NCBI GenBank assembly: GCA_001822675.1
Contig: MHRY01000013.1
Span: 2,024-40,692 of the forward strand
Direction of reading: 5' to 3'
Source of the DNA: Candidatus Taylorbacteria bacterium RIFCSPLOWO2_01_FULL_45_34b
GTDB taxonomy: Bacteria; Patescibacteriota; Minisyncoccia; Phycocordibacterales; DSPV01
Length of the DNA stretch: 38,669 nucleotides
How positions within the stretch are numbered: position 1 is the stretch's first letter; every line of letters begins with the position of its first letter. Below the pieces are notes generated by a model. It did no database searches, was not told the DNA's origin, and was given only the letters and a program-made list of their open reading frames with translations. Below, piece after piece: positions 1 to 7,647 of the stretch. A program made the translations under genes and the position numbers.

Positions 1-1253
1 ACTGCCCGGGAGCCCCACGAAATAATACTCTCCGGCGCGCGATACAGCCCTGAAGGCACCGTAACCGAATTTTTATCCAAAGCGTCGCCACTAATTTTAA
101 GTTCAACTTCGGCGTCGATAATGCGCGTCGGCAGATTGTTGGCTATCGTAATCGTGCCACGCACATTGCCGCCGTCCGAAATGGTAACATCTTTATCTAA
201 TTGGCCATTCAAAACGAGATCAAAACTAACAAAGGGTTTTTTAATGGTAATATCCTGTGAAATAGAGAGAAGCGGCACATCAATAGTTTTGGAGAGAGCG
301 GTATTAGTCGTCCCAATAGTGAAACGAATGATTCGGTCTTCATCATCCTGACCTTCAAGTTTACCGTGGACTTTAATAATCCGCTTCTCCCCGGGTCTAA
401 GATCGCCGATTTTCCAAAGCGAATCGTTGGCGGAGGTCTGCGGATTCGCGCTTATAAACGAGAAGCCAAAACCATACTCCGCTTTAACCAACACGTTTGA
501 AAGGGTGATGGTTGAGTTGGAAGAAATAGTGAGAGATAGGTCGAACGGTTGGCCGGAATTAACTTCTTTCAAGGAATCGACGGCAAGCGAAATCGGAGCG
601 GACGAGAGCACGACTTCGTATTTTTTCTCCTTAAAGAAAACGGCGCTCGAACCTTCCACACGATACTCCAAAGAAATCATTATCTCTTTTTTCGCCCCTT
701 CTTCGCCATAGAGCACCGCTCTAATCTGCCGCTTGATATTCTCACCCGAAGCAATGACGCCGAGCAGATCATTTTCCCTAATAAGTTCACGGGTTAGGTC
801 AGTCGAAGAACGCGTGCCTTCCGGATATGTTATTTCAAGCGCGACACTCTGAAGCACCGCGTTGTTGTTGTTACTAACAATGATTTCAAGCGGCAACTCC
901 TCTCCTCCAGCAACGGATACCGGCCCAATAATCGAGATGTCAACATTCTCTGAAGAAACCACATTCGCCCCACGGTAGAAAGTAAAAAAAGCAAAAACGG
1001 CCGCGCCAAAGAAAAAAATAAGCGAAAAAGCAAGAAGCAATGTCGCGATCGGTTTTTCTTTCATACCAAGTAGTTTGTAACGCAGCTTATCGGCAAGCGC
1101 CTTCTCTTTATCATCCTGCCAATCTTCTCGAACATCTACCTTTTGTTCTGGCAGATGGGGGGCACGCTTGATGCCGAGTGCCCCGGGGTCTCTGGCATAG
1201 AGATCCTCCTCACGCTCGAGCAGTTTGCTCTTTTGATCCGCTCCATATTCCAT
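1..1253 (-). CDS. Conserved hypothetical membrane-anchored protein with beta-rich (Ig/DUF11-like) extracellular region; runs off the left edge
   Basis: Not in the ORF track because it has no stop in the window. Manual translation from ATG 1253: MEYGADQKSKLLEREEDLYAR..., one TM helix (IATLLLAFSLIFFFGAAVFAFFTFY), then NVVSSENVDISIIGPVSVAGGEELPLEIIVSNNNNAVLQSVALEITYPEGT. Confidence 0.75.
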   Translation of the reverse strand, partial: MEYGADQKSKLLEREEDLYARDPGALGIKRAPHLPEQKVDVREDWQDDKEKALADKLRYKLLGMKEKPIATLLLAFSLIFFFGAAVFAFFTFYRGANVVSSENVDISIIGPVSVAGGEELPLEIIVSNNNNAVLQSVALEITYPEGTRSSTDLTRELIRENDLLGVIASGENIKRQIRAVLYGEEGAKKEIMISLEYRVEGSSAVFFKEKKYEVVLSSAPISLAVDSLKEVNSGQPFDLSLTISSNSTITLSNVLVKAEYGFGFSFISANPQTSANDSLWKIGDLRPGEKRIIKVHGKLEGQDDEDRIIRFTIGTTNTALSKTIDVPLLSISQDITIKKPFVSFDLVLNGQLDKDVTISDGGNVRGTITIANNLPTRIIDAEVELKISGDALDKNSVTVPSGLYRAPESIISWGSRA

Positions 1254-1274
1254 ACGAAAAAGTATACCATACCA

Positions 1275-1865
1275 TTATAAATGGCTCTCTTTGAGAGATT
1301 TATTAATGGTGAAGAGAGCCTCCCGTCGAAGAGGGCTAAGAGAGCGAAGTAACTCGATATCCCAAAGCGCACTCTCGACAAAAGGCGATAGGGTTTTTGA
1401 ATCCCCAACGTATCCCAAATTGTGCAAAATCCGAAGCACCAACGCCGCTTCAGCGCTTCGAACTTCATCCAAAGTAAACACCTGGCGCTCAAAAAAAGAG
1501 CAACCATTTTCTACCATCAGAAAAAGAGGTTCATTCCGTTCTTCTTCCGGGATAAGACGGCGCAAAAGCGAAAATACTCGCGCCACGACATTTCGAAGAG
1601 AGGTGTCAGCGAGCGCGGCGTAAAAATTTTTTTGAAATACCGCGTTCACGATTTTCCAACCATTCTTACCATGAACAAGCGCCACATCGGCAAGTGAAAA
1701 ATCCTGGAGGCTGTGCCGTAATTTTGACTTGAGATACCGCACGCCTTGCGCGCTTCCACGAATAAGTCCAAGGTCCTTGGTAAACAGCGAAAACACTTTA
1801 TTCGCCTCGCCCCGAGGGGATGAATGAATAACAAATGTCCGCGTGTGGTAAATATGATGAGACAT
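1275..1865 (-). CDS. recO: DNA repair protein RecO
   Basis: N-terminal OB-fold signature GEANKVFSLFTKDLGLIRGSAQGVRYLKSKL; C-terminal LRILHNLGY. Confidence 0.85.
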   Translation of the reverse strand: MSHHIYHTRTFVIHSSPRGEANKVFSLFTKDLGLIRGSAQGVRYLKSKLRHSLQDFSLADVALVHGKNGWKIVNAVFQKNFYAALADTSLRNVVARVFSLLRRLIPEEERNEPLFLMVENGCSFFERQVFTLDEVRSAEAALVLRILHNLGYVGDSKTLSPFVESALWDIELLRSLSPLRREALFTINKSLKESHL

Positions 1866-1871
1866 GATAGG

Positions 1872-4800
1872 CTATTTTTTAATATCAAGGATAAAAGACA
1901 TGTCATCAATCTCGACTGTCTCACCGAACGTCTCCGCAAAACGCACACCCTTAAGAAGAGTGTTTTTGATGATTTCGGATTTGTTTTTTTCAAGAAAATC
2001 CCTGCCTGCCGGAGATGTTTGGATCGTGAGCGTGGCAAAATCCGAAATGGTAAGACCACTATTTTTACGAAGTTCTTGAACACCGCGAATAAATTCTCTG
2101 ACTTTCCCCTCTTCTTTTAATTCCGCTGTCAACTCGAAATCGAGCTCTACCTCTTCTTCTTGATCTTCAGCAAAAATAACCTCTTTAACATTGATCTCAT
2201 CGGCAATCAAATCCAAAATCTGCTTGTCTGAAACTTTTAACTTTTTACTTTTCACTTTCAACTTCTTAAGAGGTTGCCTCACTTTAATTCCCGCTTTGGC
2301 TCGAAGTTCCAAAGCAATGGAAACAATCCTTCGCACTTCGGCCATGTTCTCGATGATTCCTGAATCCTGATTCCTGATTCTTGATTCTACTTTTGGCCAC
2401 GACTCAAGATGGACGCTCTCGGGGTCGGAGCCTCCGCGAAGTTTCTGATACATTTCTTCGGCAAAAAACGGAGTGAGCGGCGCCATAATTTTGGAAAGTT
2501 CGAGAAGCACAAAGTGGAGCGTTTGGAGCGCCTGCTCCCTATCCCCAGTTTTTTCTCCATTCTTGAATCCTGCCCGCCCGAACGACTGATATTGTTCAGT
2601 CGGGCGGGAATCCAAATTCCTGAATCCACCCTTAAATCTCTCTCTTGAACGGCGAAGATACCACGTCGAAAGGTCATCAATAAAATCGGCAACCGGTCTT
2701 GCGGCTCGATCAAGTTCGTAAGCTTCCAGATTAACTGTCACCTCTCTACCAAGTTGAGAGAGCCGCGCCAAGATCCAGCGATCTAAAACATTCGCATTTG
2801 GTGATTGTTTATTGGTATTTGATGATTGCTTTTTTTCTGCATAAAGCAGAAAAAAGGCTAAAACATTATCAAGTCGCTGAATAACTTTTTTCAGAATCTC
2901 GCCAACCTCTTTCTCACTAAAACAAAAATCTTGAGCGCGTGAAGCGGGTGATGCCAAAAGATAATAACGCATAGCGTCAGCACCGTATCGTTCTACCACC
3001 TCCATCGGGTCAGGGTAATTTTTAAGATGTTTTGACATCTTCTGGCCATCCTCGGCAAGCACCGTACCATTCACCACCACATGCTCATACGCGGCTCTAT
3101 CGAAAAGTCCGACAGAAAGAACGAGCGTGGAATAAAACCAGCCGCGCGTTTGGTCTAATCCTTCCGCGATAAAATCCGCCGGATAACCTTTTGGTTTTTT
3201 GAAAAATCCGCCTCTCGGATCAAACGTATCCTTATTTTCGAACGGGTAATGAACTCCCGCGTACGGCATCGATCCGGATTCAAACCAGCAATCAAACACC
3301 TCGGGAACCCGCCGCATAATACCGCCACAAGAACAAACAAAAACCACACTATCAATGTACGGACGGTGGAGGTCGAGCGCGTAATGTTCGTTATGGGGAA
3401 GCGGCACAAACGGTATTTCTTTGACTTCAGCGTTTTTGATAAAGAAGTCAGTTGTTCCTCGGGCTGTAACCGCACGGTCGAGATCGTGTCCCCCCGCGAC
3501 AGACTCAAGAAGCCACGCCGGAGAATCATGTGTTACCATTAAAATGTTTTTTCCTTCGTATCGCTTGTCGATATTATATATAAACTCACCGACTCTCTTT
3601 GCGATATCAACATAATGCTCGCCGCCCGGGCACGTTCGCTTGAATTGCTCCTCACCGCTCCGGCAATTCAAATGGTATTCGCCGATGGGGCGACCATTAA
3701 AGAGATCGGCCTTAATTTCTCTAAGACGTTCGTCGTATATAATTTTCTCTTTTGGAAACCCGATATGATCCGCGACAATTTCCGCTGTTTCTTTAGTCCG
3801 AAGAAAAGGCGAAGAAATAATAAGGTCAATCTTTTTCCCGAGAAGCGTCTTCACAGCCGCTTTAACCTGCTCTTTGCCTTTTTCCGTCAAATGATGGGGG
3901 TTGTTGGGGTAAGAACTGACCACGCCGAGCACATTGTTCTCCGCCTCGCCGTGACGCATCAGAAGATAATTGTTTCGAGGCTTCGCACTGTCTTTCAGAT
4001 CTTCAATTGAACCGACAAACTTCATCTTTTCACACTGCTCGCATTTCCAAACCGGAATAGGCGCGCCGAAGTACCGTGAGCGTGAAATCGCCCAATCTCG
4101 AATGCCGGAAAGCCAATCACCGAAACGATTCTCTCCCACTTCCCTCGGCACCCACCTGATTTTATTATTTTCCGCGATGAGCTTTTCTTTGAGAGCCGTT
4201 GTTTTGACAAACCACGACGACGAGGCGAAGTTGAGAAGCGGCGTTTCGCAGCGCCAGCAGTGTGGGTAGGAATGCGTGATTTTTTCCTTGGCAAAAAGCA
4301 AACCGCGATTGGCGATATTTTTGAGAATTTCAATATCCGCCCGAGAAGGATCGTCTTTCGGTTTTACGTCGATACCAGCGAAATCTTTGATCTCCGGAAC
4401 AAATTTGCCGTCAGTCGAGACATGCCGGATAAGCGGCAGACCTTCGAGCTCCGCCAAAGCAAGATCATCTTCACCGAAAGCTGGCGCGATATGAACAACA
4501 CCGGTGCCTTTTTCCAAGGTCACAAACGGCGCGACATACACCTTCCACGCTTTTTCGATGCCCTTGATGCGTGCATCTTTGTAATAATTAAAAACCGGTT
4601 TATAAGAAAGGTCAACAAGCTCGCTTCCTTTATATTCCTCGACAATCGTGTACTCCTCTTTTATAAGAGAAAGTTTTTCCTTGGCCAAAATATAGCGACT
4701 CTGCCCCACTGCCACTTTGACGTAGACAATGTCGGGGTGGACCGCGAGCGCCACGTTCCCCGGCAGCGTCCACGGCGTCGTCGTCCAAACCAAAAAACAA

Positions 4801-5459
4801 GTGCCCGGCTCACGGGTCAGTTCAAATTTCACATACACCGAAATGTCGGTAACGTCTTTGTAACCCTGACTGACTTCAAAATTAGAAAGGGTGGTGCCGC
4901 ATCGAGGACAGAGATGCATTGATTTGAATCCTTCGTAAATCAGACCTTTTTTATGGAGTTCTTTGAAAGCAAACCAGACGCTCTCGGTGTATCTCGCGTC
5001 CATGGTCTTGTAGTCATCATCCATATCAACCCATCGTCCGGTACGCGGAATAATTTCTCTCCACTCTTCGGCGTAGCGAAGCACTGCCTCTCTGGCCACA
5101 CGGTTGAATTTTTCAATACCGAGCGTTTCGATATCGCGCTTGGTTTTAAGCCCCAGTTCTTTTTCAACGAGATTTTCAACTGGCAATCCGTGACAATCCC
5201 AACCCCATCGTCGACGAACATGATACCCTTGCATGGTTTTGAACCGCGGGATGACATCTTTAATCGTGCCTGCCAAAATGTGCCCATAGTGAGGCAGGCC
5301 AGTCGCAAACGGCGGGCCATCATAAAAGACAAACTCGCCTTTTGGCGCTGGCTTTTCAAGCGACTTCTCAAAAATCTGTTTGCGTTTCCAAAAAGCGAGA
5401 ACAGCCTCCTCTCGTTCGGCAACCTTTAACTTTTGTGGGTTTTGTTCCTGCTCTGGCAT
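1872..5459 (-). CDS. ileS: Isoleucyl-tRNA synthetase (type 2, HYGH) with inserted histidine-phosphatase domain
   Basis: DGPPFATGLPHYGH, GWDCHGLPVE, WTTTPWTLP, DWAISRSRYFG, FIAEGLDQTRGWF, KMSKH; extra domain with LMRHGE...SSPFLRTKETA...LRE...VTH. Confidence 0.97.
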   Translation of the reverse strand: MPEQEQNPQKLKVAEREEAVLAFWKRKQIFEKSLEKPAPKGEFVFYDGPPFATGLPHYGHILAGTIKDVIPRFKTMQGYHVRRRWGWDCHGLPVENLVEKELGLKTKRDIETLGIEKFNRVAREAVLRYAEEWREIIPRTGRWVDMDDDYKTMDARYTESVWFAFKELHKKGLIYEGFKSMHLCPRCGTTLSNFEVSQGYKDVTDISVYVKFELTREPGTCFLVWTTTPWTLPGNVALAVHPDIVYVKVAVGQSRYILAKEKLSLIKEEYTIVEEYKGSELVDLSYKPVFNYYKDARIKGIEKAWKVYVAPFVTLEKGTGVVHIAPAFGEDDLALAELEGLPLIRHVSTDGKFVPEIKDFAGIDVKPKDDPSRADIEILKNIANRGLLFAKEKITHSYPHCWRCETPLLNFASSSWFVKTTALKEKLIAENNKIRWVPREVGENRFGDWLSGIRDWAISRSRYFGAPIPVWKCEQCEKMKFVGSIEDLKDSAKPRNNYLLMRHGEAENNVLGVVSSYPNNPHHLTEKGKEQVKAAVKTLLGKKIDLIISSPFLRTKETAEIVADHIGFPKEKIIYDERLREIKADLFNGRPIGEYHLNCRSGEEQFKRTCPGGEHYVDIAKRVGEFIYNIDKRYEGKNILMVTHDSPAWLLESVAGGHDLDRAVTARGTTDFFIKNAEVKEIPFVPLPHNEHYALDLHRPYIDSVVFVCSCGGIMRRVPEVFDCWFESGSMPYAGVHYPFENKDTFDPRGGFFKKPKGYPADFIAEGLDQTRGWFYSTLVLSVGLFDRAAYEHVVVNGTVLAEDGQKMSKHLKNYPDPMEVVERYGADAMRYYLLASPASRAQDFCFSEKEVGEILKKVIQRLDNVLAFFLLYAEKKQSSNTNKQSPNANVLDRWILARLSQLGREVTVNLEAYELDRAARPVADFIDDLSTWYLRRSRERFKGGFRNLDSRPTEQYQSFGRAGFKNGEKTGDREQALQTLHFVLLELSKIMAPLTPFFAEEMYQKLRGGSDPESVHLESWPKVESRIRNQDSGIIENMAEVRRIVSIALELRAKAGIKVRQPLKKLKVKSKKLKVSDKQILDLIADEINVKEVIFAEDQEEEVELDFELTAELKEEGKVREFIRGVQELRKNSGLTISDFATLTIQTSPAGRDFLEKNKSEIIKNTLLKGVRFAETFGETVEIDDMSFILDIKK
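2573..2608. repeat. 36-bp palindromic REP-like repeat inserted in frame in ileS
   Basis: CCCGCCCGAACGACTGATATTGTTCAGTCGGGCGGG; its reverse complement matches 19254-19289 at 35/36 positions. Confidence 0.9.
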
Positions 5460-5460
5460 A

Positions 5461-5757
5461 TACCCGATAAACTTTTTAGCTATTAAAAAAGTTGCATAAT
5501 ACTTTCTTTATATAATTTCGACCCCATTGCGTTTTTAAATACTTTTCGCGTTGAAACGCGTCTTTTTGATTTAAAAATGCTTCGTAATAAATCAACCGTA
5601 AAGGCACTCTTCTAGCGGTGGAAGCAACTTTTTTTGCATTATGCAGTTGCAATCTTTTCCGCAAATCGCTCGTACAACCGGTATATAAGTTATGATCAGC
5701 CCTGCTCTGTAAAACATACACATACTGCATAATGGTAGCTAAAAAGTTTCGCGGGTA
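5461..5757. mobile_element. Putative GIY-YIG mini-element bounded by 22-bp inverted repeats
   Basis: 5461-5482 TACCCGATAAACTTTTTAGCTA and 5736-5757 TAGCTAAAAAGTTTCGCGGGTA are 20/22 complementary and enclose only the GIY-YIG ORF. Confidence 0.6.
5476..5730 (-). CDS. Stand-alone GIY-YIG nuclease family protein
   Basis: YVYVLQS...LYTGCTSDLRKRLQLHN...LIYYEAF...A..REKYLK. Confidence 0.92.
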   Translation of the reverse strand: MQYVYVLQSRADHNLYTGCTSDLRKRLQLHNAKKVASTARRVPLRLIYYEAFLNQKDAFQREKYLKTQWGRNYIKKVLCNFFNS

Positions 5758-5789
5758 AAAAAGCGCTAGAATATGATGATTCTAGCACT
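5756..5789. repeat. Left copy of 34-bp direct repeat bounding the DGR cassette
   Basis: TAAAAAAGCGCTAGAATATGATGATTCTAGCACT, identical to 8419-8452; internal inverted repeat GCTAGAAT/ATTCTAGC; overlaps the RT stop codon. Confidence 0.95.
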
Positions 5790-6774
5790 ATTTCAGGAAT
5801 TTTGAAATTTTATTTTGCAAACCATATGCATTACCATGCTTCAATAATCCAATATATGAAATGATACTTTGAGGTGTTGGATTCTCGTTAATTCGCTTTA
5901 TCATTCTTCTTTTTGTACTTGTCCTCAAAACTCGATGTTTTGGAAAATTCACCCAGCCTAAAAAATCAACTCCAGAAGCAACTGTTTGTATGAAAACTTT
6001 GTCAGGGTGTAATTCTAGTTTTAACTTCTCATGTAGATATCTTACGATATATCGTAAGACAACTTTCAACTCTTTTTTATCTCCAGATAAAATCACAAAA
6101 TCATCAGCATACCGAATGTAGTATTTAATTTTTAAATTATGTTTAACATATTGATCAAATTCGTTCATGTAAATATTGACTAAAAGCTGGGAGGTCAGGT
6201 TACCGAGTGGTAATCCTATTCCCTTATTTGTGGAGCAAAAACTTTCTACTATATTCTGGATAAGCCACAAAATATCTTTGTTTGGTATGTATTTGTCGAG
6301 AATTTGATAAAGCAAAAAATGGTCAATGTTCGCAAAGAATTTTTTTATATCACACTTAAGCACCCACACTGTTTTTGTATTATTTTTACTAACACGAAAA
6401 AAATATCTTCTGAATGTTTCCACTGCTTTATGTGTGCCCTTCTGAAGTCGGCACGAGTACGAATCAGTCGCAAATACTCTGTCAAAAAACGGGTACAACT
6501 TTCTATACAAGGCACGATGAAGCAGTCTGTCCCTCACACTTGCCTTGTGAATATCACGGGGTTTCGGGTCAGAAATTTTGAAATGCTTATACGGTTCATG
6601 CTGATATGTCTTATCTTTAAGCTCTTGATGCAAAGAGAAAATATTGTCCATAAGCCGTAATTGAAATTCCTGTACATCCTTTTTTTTCCGCTTCCCTTTT
6701 ATAAACTCTTGCCATGCACCAAGTAAATTCTCGATAGAAATGATATCGTTATATGTATGAGCGAATTGAATCAT
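5788..6774 (-). CDS. DGR reverse transcriptase
   Basis: 328 aa RT with GLPLGNLTSQ and YIRYADDF motifs, KCDIKKFF, DFLGW; no endonuclease domain; adjacent to the TR. Confidence 0.95.
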   Translation of the reverse strand: MIQFAHTYNDIISIENLLGAWQEFIKGKRKKKDVQEFQLRLMDNIFSLHQELKDKTYQHEPYKHFKISDPKPRDIHKASVRDRLLHRALYRKLYPFFDRVFATDSYSCRLQKGTHKAVETFRRYFFRVSKNNTKTVWVLKCDIKKFFANIDHFLLYQILDKYIPNKDILWLIQNIVESFCSTNKGIGLPLGNLTSQLLVNIYMNEFDQYVKHNLKIKYYIRYADDFVILSGDKKELKVVLRYIVRYLHEKLKLELHPDKVFIQTVASGVDFLGWVNFPKHRVLRTSTKRRMIKRINENPTPQSIISYIGLLKHGNAYGLQNKISKFLK

Positions 6775-6856
6775 TCTCCTAACGATACCCCCCCCCCGAG
6801 CACTTTTTCAACAGAAACTCGTTCCCGTTATTCTTAAACTTAAAGACGCCTATGGT

Positions 6857-7189
6857 TTGTGGCAAAAGTATCTGGCACATTTTCCCAAAGCTAATCGTTT
6901 TACTCTTGGATCAAAAATAGACGAGGTATTTCTTGCGACCATTGAATATTGCTTCCTTGCAAGTTACGCAAACGTACAGGAAAAAATGCCCCTGCTTAAT
7001 CGTTGTATTTCAAGAGTTGACCTTCTTAAGTTATTGCTTCTCCTTGCATGGGAAATCAAAGCGCTTGATACAAAAAAATATATTCATCTCTCCGAACACA
7101 TGGTAGAAGTAGGTAGAATGCTTGGAGGCTGGAGACGTCAACTCGTAAACAAAACTCCCCTACCTAAAAAGGAAGGGGAGAAATCGTGA
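6857..7189 (+). CDS. avd: Avd-like (bAvd four-helix-bundle) DGR accessory protein; the true start is probably ATG 6757, out of frame at a C10 tract (6788-6797)
   Basis: FPKANRFTLGSKIDE...VDLLKLLLLLAWE...MVEVGRMLGGW is Avd-like. The frame stays open upstream (VPVILKLKDAYGLW) with no ATG/GTG/TTG before 6857. Confidence 0.82.
   Translation: MWQKYLAHFPKANRFTLGSKIDEVFLATIEYCFLASYANVQEKMPLLNRCISRVDLLKLLLLLAWEIKALDTKKYIHLSEHMVEVGRMLGGWRRQLVNKTPLPKKEGEKS
7155..7180 (-). other. Hairpin just 3' of TR (TR-RNA spacer region, inside the avd 3' end)
   Basis: CTCCCCTACCT-AAAA-AGGAAGGGGAG, 10 pairs with one mismatch. Confidence 0.5.
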
Positions 7190-7194
7190 TAGTG

Positions 7195-7320
7195 GCGCAC
7201 CGCGAGGAACCGGTAGTTGCCATTCCAGTCATTGTCAAACCAATTGAGGTTGAGCTTGCGCTTCGAGTCATACTTGTCGAGGTAGAGGACGTTGCGATTA
7301 CCGTTGACCTTCGCGACGGA
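7195..7320 (-). repeat. DGR template repeat (TR)
   Basis: 126 bp aligns ungapped with 7654-7779. Conceptual translation SVAKVNGNRNVLYLDKYDSKRKLNLNWFDNDWNGNYRFLAVR, rich in AAY codons. Confidence 0.96.
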
Positions 7321-7563
7321 GCTTTGTATAAAATACCTTCCAAACCACTGCCTGTCGAAAACTCCGCAGTAGTCTCAAGGCTGTATCGTATTCGTGATGT
7401 ATAGTATCACCTAGTATTTCACACCAACTGTCTCTGATTTTTTACGGAAACCAAGTGGCACTCTTCGGGAAGCCATAACCGCCCGAACTCTCACCTCTTG
7501 GGTTGCGGACAAATTACCCAAAGCCGTAACCTTGGATTTTTCATTTGTCACTTTTATTTTAGC

Positions 7564-7607
7564 AAAAAAAATGACCCTCCAAAACTTTTTCAAGTTTCAA
7601 AGGGTCA
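7564..7607 (-). terminator. GAAA-tetraloop hairpin plus U8 downstream of VR (terminator and/or DGR target-recognition hairpin)
   Basis: Minus strand UGACCCUUUGAAACUU-GAAA-AAGUUUUGGAGGGUCA (16 bp, 3 G-U) followed by a U tract, about 46 nt after the VR end. Confidence 0.8.
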
Positions 7608-7647
7608 AAGTGCCTAAGGGCAAAACCGAGAGACAAGGTGCAGAGAA

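Noticed and set aside
2001-2012. CCTGCCTGCCGG as a copy of a CPR palindromic repeat in ileS
   Set aside because: Only a half-site; the palindrome is incomplete and may be chance.
5788-6774. RT as a group II intron, retron or CRISPR-associated RT
   Set aside because: It is short, has no endonuclease or Cas1 domain and no VTG retron motif, and it sits next to an Avd-like gene and an adenine-specific TR/VR pair.
7411-7593. 60-aa minus-strand ORF between VR and TR
   Set aside because: It starts inside the terminator hairpin and has no recognisable features; probably spurious.
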